Positions 12,569-26,360 of a stretch of DNA of 64,000 bases are shown in pieces. A model generated the notes under the pieces. It did no database searches, had not been told where the DNA came from, and saw only the letters and a program-made list of their open reading frames with translations. Both the position numbers and the translations under genes were made by a program. This stretch comes from Phoronis australis. Lineage: Eukaryota; Animalia; Phoronida. Each line of letters begins with the position of its first letter. Position 1 is the first letter of the stretch. The stretch lies in contig NMRA01000301.1 of the NCBI GenBank assembly GCA_002633005.1, positions 62,001 to 126,000 on the forward strand, given 5' to 3'.

Positions 12569-15500
12569 TCGGAGGCCAGTACGTGTTGCAGGGTGTCGTT
12601 CGGATTCCTCAGAATACGACTGATTAACAAGGTGTCATCGTCGTAAGCGCTACGGGTTTGACTGAAGACGGCATTTCTGATTCTTCTGACTGAGTTTCAC
12701 CTCCATTGGTCAACTTTTTCCATCTGTTCCCAATTTAATGTTGCCCACCTTCGGCCGCAAAATATAAACACTAAAATGACAGACATAACTTTGGGCATTT
12801 ATTATATAGCAGCTAATCGTGAACATGTAATTTAACGTGTGTACGTGTGTTGGGTACAGACATTACGTCTTTCTTCATGAGAAAAGTTTTCAGACCTTTT
12901 TCGCAAATTTCAGCACTGAGTCTACTAATGTGTGCCATTGTATACCATTTTTAAGTCTTAAACCTGGTTTTGTTAAACCACTTTTATGAAATCGGCTGTG
13001 ATTGTCTACGAGGTGAGTGTCAGTAATACTGAGACACCAAGCCGAAACTAATCTGAAACAGAGGTGGGATTTTATGAAACATCAAAATGGGGTCTTCGGT
13101 TGATCGATTAGTCCTTCTTGGTTCAGTAAATTCAGTGAAGTGTTTTCCCTGCCTAGCAGCCGTCGCATTTGTGACAAAAAAGTTCACATAATATTTGCCG
13201 TCTACTGTCCTGTCGAAACTCGATAAATGTTCATGTCCCTCGCAACAACAGCTCTTCTCCAAGCCCTTGATGGGTACTTGTAAGGTCTAGTGTCACCAGT
13301 AGCTTACATGTACACGCTAGTGTTCGCTGTTAATGGATGGTACAACTACATATTTCAGCGACTAATAAACAATTTTGGTCCAGTTGGCCCACTCTGTAAA
13401 AGGTGCACCGTGCAGGCCCAAATTGTCAAAACCCCCAAATTGTCATAAATTTGCTTTTGAAAACTTAGGTCTGTATTATAGTACACACCCTAATTCTCAC
13501 AACCGTTCACTTTGTCACAATAACCTGAGTTGTGTGAGGGGATTGTTCTAGCTGTAAAGATTCGAAGTTCCGTCAAAAAAGGAAACTTTCCTAATTATAT
13601 GATGAAAACACTATGTTGCTTAAAACTGTTATATACATGTACCTGATGTTGCAACGGTAGTAGTTCACGCGAAGGGTGAAGCATGCGCATGCATAGACCG
13701 CTAAAGGTGGCAAGCATTTTTCATACTCCAACACCAGGAGCGCAAACCTACTCTTAAAGGGAAAACAAAGTGGTTCTTTACCACTGAAACAGAAGTCAAA
13801 ACTGTTCACCAAGTATGTTTACGGTCTTTTCATCAACGCCCTATATTTCTGTTGATGTCAATCCATTTTTCTTATAGTTCCAAACTTCAAAAAAGAACAA
13901 TTTATCAACAGCTCGTCACCTCGTCGGTTTGTTACAAAAAATCAATATTCTACAATATGTAGACTACCCTGTGCTCTGTCTAGACATTTCAAACGAGTTA
14001 CTCAAAAGGAAGTTTGATGTTTTGGACCAATTTCATAAATTCTCAGGTCTTATTCCAAACAAGAGTGCGAAATGGCAATACTAAATTTGATAATTTTCGT
14101 CTTTGTTCAAATATTATTCTTTGTTGGCCTGTGTCACACTTTACTTTGGGGATATCCTTTACCGCTAGTCTGTCTTTAATTACCATGTTGAAATAATTTA
14201 TGAAGTAGGCAGAAAAATTCCTACCTGGTCCAAAATATCATAAACTGGTCACGGCATAATTACAGAAAATATCACATCTATATGGCCAAAGACTCAGAAA
14301 TTCTACTCTCTTATTCGAAATGTTCAAGAAGGAGGTATTTTCGTACATTCGAATGGAAAATTATCTCTGTCAGAAATTTGGAATCTGAAAAAGTTAACAA
14401 AATATGGTCTTCTGTCAGGGTACTCCGTCGAAAAAGGAAGCCCGGTGAAAACAGATGTCCCGGAATCGAGAACAGGCCTACGCACCTTCAAAACAGCTAC
14501 ATTACATTGTAACCATCCCGAAAAACACGAACCACGACCTTTAAAACAGGAAGCTAGTGTATCGGACAGGACATTCTGTGACCGAAACACCATTCCTGTA
14601 CTTTCTAAGAAACATCATTTGATGAAAAGTAAATCTTCCTACTTTAAATAGTTATTGTGATACGTTGTTTTACCCATATGAGAATTTTAGACAACTTACG
14701 ACGTATTGGCATTCTGTGTTATTCTGCCGGATGAAATTGTGGCGCAATCTTTTACGTCGGCTTTCGGCGCCATGAAATACTGTCACCTATTGGCAAATTC
14801 CCCCCTCCCCCCCCCCCTCCCCCAATGCTTCAAGTGTTCTTCTTCCACTAGTTTTGTACTTGCCGCAACAAATCAATCAATTATAATATTTATGTTTTTT
14901 CATTTTTAGAAATATTTTTTGGAGAAACTATTGAATAATCTGAAATTAACTGCATGTATTATTCACCGAGATAACAACGAGTTGCGAGTATAGATGATGT
15001 TGAAATTCGCAGGAGTTTAAGCGCTAAAAATCAAGTAACAAAGTCAATATAATATAAGTTACGATCTGTCTTCGAGAATTTTAACAAACAAATTCAGGGA
15101 ATAACTGGAAACTACCTGAAGATGCTTTACGTCAAAGTACACCTATGAGAATACTGTCAACGGTCTGTCAAAATTTGAAACATGGCAAGGTTTCCTGTCC
15201 GATCCCCGGACTTCCTGTTTTAATAGCTTGTGTTTTACGACTGGTTAGCGGTTTTGAAGGTGCGGGGATTTGCTTTTGACTCCGGGAAATCCGGTTTGCA
15301 CCGAGGTTCCTGTTCATGCACACCCAGCTTAAAATGGGGCCTCGAGTTTTTGAGAATGTGGACCTTTCATTAAGCTTCACGGGGTACGTTCAGAGCTACA
15401 TGTATGAGTTGTTTTCTCCGAAATTTGTTAGTTCCTGCATTTTTAGTGGACTATTGTCTCGGCTTCTACTTTTTCGGAGTTTTTGTGTGACCTTGTAGCC

Positions 15501-18418
15501 CACTTCACTAAATGGGGGCTCATTCGAACCCCAGATCTCCCCGTGGGTGCCCGTAAGCTGTTTCGATAGACACATTAATTGTCTCTGGCTCTTTAATTGT
15601 TTTGAGTACGCATGTGAACATCTCTCCTCTCAAATAAAAATATTGGACCTTGGTACCTGCAGATTCTTGGGTTTGACACTTCGTAAAGAGCCACTGATGA
15701 GCGCAACCACATCTATTGACGGTGCGGCTGACCCGGATAAAGGTTTGGAATCAGACGAAAGTCTGTATTCTGACTGATTTTAAACGCTACTCTTTGTGAT
15801 TTAAAAACATGGGTTGACAATGACTCAGTTATCAACTTGATATGAAGGATTTTAGCTACAGTTATAGCTAAGATAAGTAAGATCTATACAAGCCAACTCG
15901 GTAAGTCCGCGCATATGTGATTTTATAGCGTTAAGTACTTGTCTTAAATTATACCTTCACCATTTGGACAGAACGTGGTCTTTAGGTACTGTAATTAGTA
16001 TCAAATCGAGTGTATGGATATTATAAGATTATTTCACCTTGAATGGTACTGTAAACGATTAACTATGTCGCCACCCCAAGCGTTCTAGAAGAGTTTTAGC
16101 CTCAGGGTTAGTTCACAAACATTTTATTTCCGGTCAACACGTCATCTTTGGGATCTATATTTTTACTCCGGTTCAAGATTTATATGTGTACTTACATGTA
16201 CGTCATGGTTAGTGTTACACTAAAATACTGCACGCCAAGGCACACAAAATTCCACCTTACCCGAGTTGGGCTTTCTGCACAAGAGACGATTTAGAAGTGC
16301 AGGACACCAGAGACGGTTTGACAACAAACCAGGGTGAAGCTGTATCCAGGTTCATGAGGAATAGACCCCTTCACCATAGGAGTTGCCCCAGTGCAATATA
16401 CATGTACATGTATGTTATCCATAAGAATGCGTTTTGTCTTCCTGGAGAAGAATAGTACCATGTTACTTGTGGTTCGCATGACGTAATGTTTATACAATTT
16501 GCAGATACTGGTGTAAAAACTGCGCATCATTACATCCAGTGCTCTGTACGATCTGCACAAAAATGGACAGTATATACGTACTTAGACCAGTGTATGTACG
16601 GCTTAGTTAGAATTTGGTTATGGTTGGAAAACACTGAAAATCAGTGGGTAACAAACGCCTTTCAATAATAGTTCAGCAAAGACATTTTAATTTTAATTTC
16701 AAAACCCCTAAATTTAAAATATTTTGATAAAGTCATTATTAGACAGATAATATACATGTATGATTTTAAACTTCATGATGTAAATGTTAACTGCGTGTAC
16801 TAGGTTCATCTAAGCCTCGATACTGGAAGTGGGCCGGGGGCCGATTTACCCGATTCGACTTAATTGATATTTTTATCATGCAATCCCATCCTGTGACTAG
16901 ATATTGACAGTTCATGACTTGTAAATGACATGAGCTGGAATCGGCTAAGCCCTTGTTTCTCAGTCACTTGGAATGATGTGTCTGGCAGCGCTATTCATTA
17001 CGACAATCGTTCACAGTGGTAAGTTTCGTTCATTTACAAGTGAAAGCTAGGAGACCAATTTTATCTCACACATACATCTATTTTGAATAACTTAGACTAG
17101 TTCTCAGGTCAATTAGCAGTAGCGCTGTACTCTCTTTGGTTTACGGAACTGAGTAAAATTTGAAATTCTGATCAGTGGCCACATGCCATTGGCGAAGAAC
17201 GTACATGCAGGTGTACATTGTGGCCACTCACTGGCAAATATCTCGTGAACTTGCAATTCCATTCTTTTGACAGTAACAAATAACTTTCACCAGCTGTTGT
17301 TAAGACCATATACTATAGATAGGGACTGCCAACTCCCGTCCGAGCGCATTGAGCATGTTGTGGACCAAGGGACATAAGCACTGATGCTGAGAGGTCGCTG
17401 CACACGCAGGATAGAAAATTTCCCGTTTTACAGAACGGCTGTTCATAGTTCAAAGGTTTGGTTAAGTAATTTGTCGAACTGCTTCATTTCTTAAAATTTT
17501 CAAGACGTGTAAAAATAAAATGCGTATATTGTTCTCTGCCATGTCATTTAAAACGATTCACAAGATCAATCAGACATTTTATGAATTACTAGGGCCAGAA
17601 ACGTCTCATTCATCTGATTTTTTGTGTTTAGTAGTCGCATCAGCTGAATTTCAGTACTGTCGTGTTTGTTTGAATTTAGTACAGTACGAATCAACTCAAA
17701 AACATAAGCACAAGTTTTAAACGACAAAAGCGAATTTCTAACAATATTTAACAATAGATATTGCGTAATTTACACAGCTTTGTTCCAGGTGGAAGGGCGA
17801 AAGGCTAACTGACATTGGTACATCACAAATCCATAACCTGAGTGACAAAAACTTGCTGTCACTATTACAGTAGACCAAAAGCACATTCTAACGGAACTTC
17901 TAAACATCAGTATGATTATGCATAACTGATTAAATACACGACACTTGTCCTTGTTAACAGGCTTAATTCCATTCAGCGTGTATCCTTATAACAAAATTCG
18001 ACTCTCAACAGAACATTGATAAACCAACTGACCAAAAAACATGATTGAAAAGCAAAAGTAAACAAAGCCACCTGCATCAGGCAACAGTGTCAAGGCTTCT
18101 TGATATCTGTCTTTGCTATGTACCTGAACGACACACAGTTGCGCTTGTGTAAAAAGCATAGCAAAGCACTGTTTGTAACATTTGACCATAGAGCCTCCAT
18201 TTCTATTAAAGCACGATAGTTTGTCAGAGTGAAATTTACACTTGTTGCTAACAGACTTTGTTTACGGAACGACACCAAATCGGGTGATGACAGTGAAAAA
18301 CAGCAAAGAACACACCAAATAGACATTTTTGTTTCATTTTCCGAGTTCCAATGAGATAAGTAACAGGGGTCTGGGATTCTCCTGCCTTATTTTCAATCGT
18401 TAAGTGAAAATCGGCAAC

Positions 18419-18476
18419 ACAAATACATGTATACAAATACATGAATACAAATACATGTATACAAATACATGTATAC
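18419..18476. repeat. 14-bp tandem repeat (acaaatacatgtat) x4
   Basis: Directly visible. Confidence 0.9.
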
Positions 18477-19095
18477 AGTGGAATTGATTTTTATAGTGAC
18501 AAATAGGAAATAATATAACAACATTGCATTAAGTGTTGTATACATTTCTGAGAAAGGAATGCAGAAAGACATTTCGCATACAATTTTTCCAAAATAAAGT
18601 TTCTCAGCCAATCTTGATATTGTCTTGATCGATTTACTTGAGAATTCATACAGAAAATCGCTTAACTTGATCATCAGAGTATTGCACTTAAAAAATTCCA
18701 CATTTATAGCAATCCATTGTTTAACAAGGGTAACTTTCACCAATGGTGTGCACGGCTTTCCAAGTGGACCGGGGCTACGGCACGTCATAGTGTACAGGTG
18801 CTTGGCATAAAAGCATCACCATGAGCAATAATATCTATTCATTGTGACATATATTTACAAAAAGCAAAAACTTAGCCTCCTAATCAATGTACCGGGATGC
18901 AATGTCTCTGTCTGTTAAGTCCTGGTACAGCACCATATTTTTGTAAACTTTCTACGTGATGAAAAACGTAAGAATAAACAGCAGCTCTGACATATTTGGA
19001 AAATAGGCATCGAAAGGAGTCCATTGACATACTGTATAGTAAACTACGTGAAGGTAAGTCAAATTTGTCAAGAACAAAAAATAATATTGTTGCCA

Positions 19096-19241
19096 CATAG
19101 GCGGATTTAGGGGGGTGCANCAGACTTTGTGAACAGCAGCCCCCGCAATTTTCGGGCCACCTCTGTACATACAATGACGCTTTGCCCATTCCCCGATGCA
19201 ACAAGTTGGACCCCCCTAATGGTATCCTAGATCCGCCACTG
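19096..19241. mobile_element. Small MITE with cataggcggatttag / ctagatccgccactg inverted ends
   Basis: Imperfect 15-bp TIRs, internal G- and C-runs, single N at 19120; no clear TSD. Confidence 0.6.
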
Positions 19242-22240
19242 TACTATTAGCAGGAGGATAGCTGGGGCCAGGTTACGCCTGCCTGTCTGCCAGAGCAAAG
19301 CAAAATACAAATTTCATCAGAAACTCTTGACTGGAATCTCAAATGGTAGCTTTAGACTTTATCTCCAAAACTATTGAATTGAATTTTAAAAATATTCTGA
19401 ACTCTTTTAATGAAAATATTTCACCAATTCGTTCCATATTTTGTAATTTGATTGGTTATTTTTAATACATTGACCAATTAAGTTCAAGTTAAGTTTGAAC
19501 CCTAGAAAGGTAAACGTGGACCTTGGCTGATAAAAGACAGAGTGTACCTTTTTGTTAGTGGTCTTAAATGGAAATGGTGAGATAAAGTGAAAAAAATGAT
19601 GAGGAATGGATTAGGACATGATTGGTGAGTGTGGCGTTGACACTTTTAGGATTTTTCTATTCGAAGAAGTGACAAGGCAGTAAATTAGAAAAAAATACAT
19701 TTTATCATTAAAATAAGAAATGTACATTCACGGTTGAAAGCAGATTTTTTTCGCAAACAGTTTGATATCAATATCATTAAAATCAGTTAAACTACAGCCA
19801 TTTAGCTACTGAAAGTTCATGCAATAACTAAATGTTAGAAGAATTTACCAGTGACTGAAAATTGTGTGAAATGCTCGCATCACTTCGATTTTTAAAAATA
19901 TTCATTAATGCTCACATTTTTGCAAAGGATATTTTCAATAGAAAGAAGAAAGTTTAAGTATTACAGTGGCATGATTTTCATTTCCACCGCATTGCATGCA
20001 AATATGAGCCTGTGAAAATCATATGGCAAAATTTCGTCCTTGCTGAATTTTGGCCATATTGGTTTGCTCTGTACTGTAAATCCGGCTCGGAACTAGTTCA
20101 TATTGTAGACGTACAGTAGTGACATATGAGAAAATACTGCATTTAGATCAAGCCAAACTTCATATAAAATCTCAAAATTCAAAATAATTTTCACCGTAAA
20201 CAACTTCGAATTCAACCAGAAGAAAAGATTATCTAATCAATTCAACCCTCTCTTCCGGCCAAAAGTACCCATTCTTGTGTTGAACTGTCGCAATATTTGG
20301 GCCGATCAACAACAACTTGTCAAGTAAGTTCCGGCACATTTCGTAACAAAAATCCGACTTCTGTGGCTGGCATACGAGATTTGGTTTGCATAAACCACAG
20401 TAAGTTAATTTCAAACTCAAAAATTTGCTCAAAATGCGCGAAATATAAACGAAAATTTACCTGTGTTGCTACATGAAACCAAGATACCGGAGGTTATGAA
20501 TCCTCCTCGCGTAGTTCGCGTTAGGGTGCGAGATATGACGTAGTCGCGAATCTCTTAACGAGTATTTACATGTATGTTCAGACTAGATGCAAACCCGCCA
20601 CAGAAATTAGCGGTACTTACGACCAATACCTCATACACTTGACTGTTCAAAGAAGGTTCTACTCAGATTTAAACACCGGAATTGTACGTCAAATGCAAAT
20701 TTATTGAGACGGCTCGCTGCTCACGCACCGCCATGTTGTCTGGAACTACTTCGGAAATAAGTGAGTGAAGCATAGAGAGTTTATGGGATTTGACTTCAAG
20801 CAGTGGGTTAAATATGTATGCTTCTGCCATTTTCATTGCATATATTGCTAAGATTGAAATGAAACGTGTGATACATGTGATAAATATATGACCAAGATGA
20901 GTGCAGCGTGCTGTACTCAAGTGACTATGACATTCTCCACGGGAATTTAAATGAATCCGACAAGAGACATCCTTCATCGCTGTTGCTAAACATTCCTACA
21001 TTACAACAATGTAAGAGTTCTGGGATGTCCGTAAACTTACACCCCCACACACTTGTGCTTGTTTATAGTAAGCTGGGTCTGAAAATAAAATCGTTGACTT
21101 TCGATATCACATATATGTGGCAACAGGTGAGAGTCTGAGTTCACAACAAATAGACCGGCATCCCAGAGCACTTAGCATAGATGAACGAGGTACCAACATC
21201 TGACCACGGGAGCATTCAGAGTCTACCTCAGAATGTACAGAAATGGACGTCTGCCGTTGTCTGCACTCTGGGTGTGACCCCTGAGGGCCTTACAAAGGGC
21301 CTAAAAATGAGCTAGACTGGATATTCGAGGTAACAACCAAAACTGATTTAAAACGAACAATAGTACCGCACTGAACATCGAATGACCCATGACAGACAAA
21401 TTGCACTCTGGAATGGGTCCGGCAGAAACCAAAAAAGGACACCCCAAAAATGAGCTAGCACATACGTTCGAGCTACCACACAAAACCAATTCTATATTCA
21501 ATACATGTCACAGATCACGAAAACCCCTATGACAGACAAAACACATTTTGGGTTGTTCCCGGCAGAAACCTCAGAAACTGTCAACCACGATATGACATCA
21601 AAGTTTGAGCTACTGCACTAGATTTTCGAGGTACCGGCCAAAACTGATTTAAAACGAACAATAGTAAGGCACTGAACATTGAATGAGAAAGAAAAATTTT
21701 ACTCTGGAAATAGGCGGCCAGAAATCCAGAAGGGACCTTAAAAATGGAGCTACAATTGTCTATGCAGCTTCCCCTTGCTACAGTAGATCAAGTACTCTGG
21801 TGGGGAACCCAAACAACTGGACAAGATGTTAAAAATCGCACCACGGAAATTGAAGTACACATATTCTCAATTGGTGACAAAATTGGTGTATTTAATAAGT
21901 TAATTGCAAAAATGAGACCGCAGGAAACAAAAACTAATTATAGAAAACTTTCGTTCACTAAAGCCTTTGTTTACTCTCATGATCACAAGAAGCGAAAAGC
22001 AGACGGGTGTCAAGGTATAAGACAGTTAACTCGCCTGTTGGTAAGTTTTTGAAGAAAATTTTACGTGATATCGAAATTCAGTGTACATTGTTTTAATTTA
22101 GAGGAGTCATTTGTCGACGGCCGATATAATGTCCTCCGTGATAAAATGCAAATCAACCCTAATTTGGTGCGCAGCCACGCGGTGGAGTCCCAATGCTATT
22201 TAAATAAATATATAAACAACGACGTGTTTCGGTAACAAGG

Positions 22241-23060
22241 GGTGTCGCTGCAGCATTGCCTGATCTGCATGCATCAGGGTGTGACGTCACAGCATCACTG
22301 TATAGGAAAAGGAAAGTGAGGCCTCTGGAAATCCTGATGAAAGACTCATCTGGGACACTTATCAGCTTCTTGTCATAGTTAATAAGTGTAGATGTCCCAG
22401 ACGGAAGAAAGTTAGAAGAATACATATGCCTCCTACTTAGTGAAGGGAGGAGTCAAAGATGTCAATGAAGCGAGATATCTGAAATTAATCGAGATGACCG
22501 GAATAATAAACAAGGTAATAACTGTAATTGATAAAATATAGTTCATAAAAATAACGAAAATAATTTCAAACGTTTTCACAGTATTAAACCAAAAGTTCAA
22601 GTTTCACGTCATACTTAAAAAACAGTAAATGGTGGTGAGGGTTTATGTTTTTGTTCGTCAGCTTTGAGACAATTGGTCCTTCGCCAATAATATTTTCTCA
22701 CTATTTATTTCAGGAAAAGCCGATGTCCAACATCAAGAAGATTGACTGTGCATTGCTTCCTGCTTACCGAAAGACACTGTTGAACAAGCTCAAACGAGCC
22801 CATTTTGTTGCCTTTCTCTGGGGTCAAGTGGATTCGGCCAATCCGGGAATCGGTTTGGATCCTCTTACCTACGGTTGGAAGGTACAAGATGGATACTACA
22901 CTCCCCAATGGCTTTGTGGATCTGCCGTTCCTGATATCCTTTTTGAAAGTGCTGGTCTTTTACAAGAAAACCAAGCCGATCAATAGGTAAAGGAAATGGG
23001 CTATGACGAAACAAGCGATCCCGAATCAAGCTGGAGTAGCAGTGACGAATCTGATATGGA
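22241..23060 (+). pseudogene. C-terminal relic of XPG/FEN1-like (Academ-type) transposon protein, with one intron
   Basis: ALPDLHASGCDVTASLYRKRKVRPLEIL (GCD motif), EEYIC, KDVNEARYLKL; GT-AG intron 22515-22713 in phase 0; then IDCALLPAYRKTLLNKLKRAHFVAFLW...LDPLTYGWK...PQWLCGSAVPD and an acidic tail. Internal stop and frameshift. Confidence 0.7.
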
Positions 23061-23070
23061 AACGTATTTA

Positions 23071-24690
23071 AGGATATTGCCACCCGATTTAATTAGTCTT
23101 TTTTGCCGTCTTAATCGGTCTATATCCACATCGCCTCGCATACGGTCGACCTTACCTTGCCAAGAGGTGTCGCGTTAACCTGTGAGGAAGGTGAGAAAAG
23201 ACGCTAGCGACGTCAGTGGTTCATATGCAGAGTGAATACCGCTATGTTGCGGTGCATCGTCCCCGCTTGTCCGAACTAAGAAGCTACTAGGAGAGCAAGT
23301 ATAACGTTTTTTTTTACTTACGAAATGCTTAGGAAGTGGCTCGTGGTAGTGAAGAATGAGATGTACGCTGTAAATAGCAAGTATGAGGCCGTGAAACATC
23401 TGTGACCTGCAGACGGACGTCGACCGTGCCTGACAAATGCCTGCTTACCAAATAACTCCATACGTTCCGTAGTCTGAGCTTGTTCACGGCGCCTCTCTAG
23501 TAGTTCTTCATCACTGTATTCCTGTTCGAATTGATAGCCTGTAAAACTTAACGATCCACCTGCGAAGTCGGGACTCATTGATGAGCTCTAGCTCCGGGGA
23601 TTGCGAGTTGCCATGTTGGCGTTCAAGTATTACTGAGCGTTCTGTTTCGGCAAAATGAATTATTCTCACCCTAACCAATACTAACATAAAACTGAAACAA
23701 AGTCTGTCTCATTAGATGCAATTTGTATTGCCTTTGGAGTGCTCGTGAGTGCAAATGATTTGAGAAGCCAGCAATGAATAAATCACCGCGTTACCGGCTT
23801 TAGGTGCAATAAAACTAATTGACGGGACACCTAGGCCGTGTGAGCTCATGCTAATTTAGTGTTTGCTGGCAGAAACTGTTGTGAAACAACTCAATTTCCA
23901 TCCCACGGCCAGGTGTTAGGGGAATATCGTTATTAACATTTACATTACTCAAATAATGATTGCCAATGTACATGTACAACTTCTGCCCTGACGGTGCTGT
24001 GGCCAAAGCTGAACCTGAATTCGCGGCCCCGACGAGTAAGTAGATTTGCAGTTTAGTGGCTAATTCACCAACATAATCAGGTGCATATTACTTTGGCTCA
24101 CTAGCATAGTATTTTTTGACTGGAAGTTTAGTTTCCACTGAACTCTGGCTGTTAGTGATGTCTGATCAGTTTCCGAGCCACTGGCGGGGATAACGAGTCA
24201 ATCCGACCGGCCGCGACGGGCCTGATCGTGCTCCGAGCCACTGGCCAGGCTAAAAATTTAAGCGTTTTGTGTTTAGAACTAAAAAAATCACAAGTCTAAA
24301 CAACACAGATCTAGGTTCTCCTGTCTGTATATCACGGAAAATACTTCGAAAATATCTAGTCCGACCCCAAACTCCTGCTACGGACCTTATTGGCCTGCCG
24401 ATCGAACTTTGTAGGCTACGGTGTGTCCAAATACCAATAAATCCGTAAAGCGAAATAAAACAACACGTTTTCATAAGAATTCGGTGTGTTTTTAAGGGTT
24501 TTACATCGAAGTTTGATGATTTATTGGTGTTAAACGATGACTTCAAGCGATAAGCTGACACCAGTAACCCGTGTTGTGAACTGCTGTGTGAAACCGATGA
24601 CGTCATTGGATAATTTCAACATCTCTGTCTACTGTCAGGCGTCAGGTAACGCAACCGTACATGTCGTCATGGAGTAAAGTGACTCGATCT
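23071..24690. mobile_element. Kolobok-like derivative, copy 2 (inverted relative to copy 1; far end truncated by ~45 bp)
   Basis: Reverse-complement match to ~10505-12136; starts ttta|aggatattgccaccc; THAP remnant on + from ATG 23244; GYQFEQEYSDEELLERRRE on - (ORF 23318-23578). Confidence 0.8.
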
Positions 24691-25189
24691 TTAAAACTAA
24701 CAGGAAACTACTGTTGACATTAAACACATGCATGTAGCTGGATGTTCTCGTCGATACAATGATTTTAATTATCTGTTATTATGCTGTTTGGAAGAGTTGC
24801 TCTATTTCATGTAGTTTATTTTGATTAAAGAGGGTTTTTAAAAACACGTCTGCTCCTTTTCTTTCAATGTATTGTTTAGTGGTCAATGGGATGAAAGGGC
24901 TCTTTGGAAATAATTTTCGGGGTTCCTCGATCTAGCGCAAATTTAGGGGCCATATGTTGTCACTGACGTATCCTTTCTGTTGGCAGTTTTGATAGCGTTT
25001 TGTATTTTACACAAACTGCGTTCTTAAACTTCATTGAGTGGGTTGGTTTTAGACCGTTCCTGGTATCCCAAAATTTTACTGTTCTCAGGTACTGTCCAAA
25101 ATGCTTACTCTCTGCCATCATCCATTTGAAAACCAGTGTGAAAGCTCAGTAGACGCAAAAGTATAATCGCATGATCTAATATGTCATAT

Positions 25190-26360
25190 ATTTTCAAATT
25201 TACTTACCGGTAGTTGAGATTTCTGGGGCTGGTAGCACAACCACACTGGGTTTCAACTGTCATAGGGTATTTGAATCACATGCAGTTGTTTATTGTTGTA
25301 GCCCGAACGATGACCTAGCTCCTTTCACGGTGTAATTGAGTTTCTGGGGAACGCCTTTCAGAGCCCAATTTGTTGTCTGTCATGGGTCATCTGGTGCCGC
25401 ACGATTAATGACTTTAAGTCAGTTTTAGCCGGTACCTCGGGTATCTAATGTACCCCAAAGTTTCGATAGCATATACTGTGATTAAGATTTTTTAGGGTTT
25501 CTGCCAGGCACAGGGTATATTTTGTCTGTCATAGGGCATTTAGTGACCTGTGACATGTGTTGAACCTCGATCGTGGAATCGGTTTTGTGTGGTAACTCGA
25601 ATGTATGTGCTGGCTCATTTTTGGGGGCACTTTTTCGTTTCCGCTGGACCCATTCCAGAGTGCAATTTGTCTGCCATGGGTCATTTGGTGTTCAGTGCGG
25701 TAGTATTGTTCGTTTAAAACCAGTTTTGGCCGGTACCTCGAAAATGTAGTCTAACTCAAATTTTTCATGGCATACGGTGGTTGAGATTTTTGGGGGTTTC
25801 TGCCGGTCACAATCCAGAGTGCAATTTGTCTGTCATAGGGCATTTAGTGATCTGTGACATGTATTGAATCATATGGAATTGGTTTTGTGAGGTACCTCGA
25901 ATGTATGTGCTGGCTCATTATTGGGGGGGTCCTTTTTGGTTTCTGCCGGACACATTGACTGTCATGGGTCATTTGATGTTCTGTGTGGTACTTTTGTTCA
26001 TTTAAAATCAGTTTTGGCCAGTACATCGAAAATCTAGTCTAGCTCAAATTTTTCATGGCATTGGCTACGATGGTTGAGATTTTTGGGGGTTTCTGCCGAG
26101 CACAATCCAGTGCGTATTTTTTCTGTCATAGGGCACTTAGTGATCTGTTACTTGTATTGAATCACATGAAATTGCTTTTGTGTGGTACTTCGAATGACTG
26201 TGCTAGCTCATTTTTGGGGGGTCCTTTTTTGGTTTCTGCCGGATCCATTCCAGAGTGCAATATGTCTGTCATGGGTCATTCGGTGTTCAGTGCGGTGCTA
26301 TTGTTCGTTTTAAATCAGTTTTGGTTGGCACCTCGAATATCTAGTCTAGCTCATTTTCAT
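25190..26360. repeat. Subterminal tandem array, ~300-bp units made of ~150-bp related halves
   Basis: ctgtcatagggcatttagtga recurs near 25257, 25526, 25830 and 26123, interleaved with ctgtcatgggtcattt half-units. An inverted, shorter version lies at ~21300-21750. Confidence 0.85.

Larger units (their letters stand above)
10367..12998. mobile_element. Non-autonomous TIR element (PIF/Harbinger-like MITE) interrupted by nested insertions
   Basis: Left cagccgacttcatgagggtggttta versus the reverse complement of the right end cagccgatttcataaaagtggttta. Internal repeated aaacctggtttaa/agacc motifs lie on both sides of the nested insert. The 3-bp flanks gga/tga are an imperfect TSD; the superfamily is inferred. 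Confidence 0.65.

Noticed and set aside
13020-13290. Minus-strand ORF possibly continuous with 10100-10366 before the MITE insertion
   Set aside because: The rejoined frames contain stops and no known motif.
15168-15780. Semi-open minus-strand frames
   Set aside because: Multiple stops, no domain signature, no consistent splice phases.
21301-21501. Similar ORFs at 21301-21501 (-) and 26055-26489 (+) suggesting a duplicated gene
   Set aside because: They are translations of the two TIR arms and have no protein motifs.
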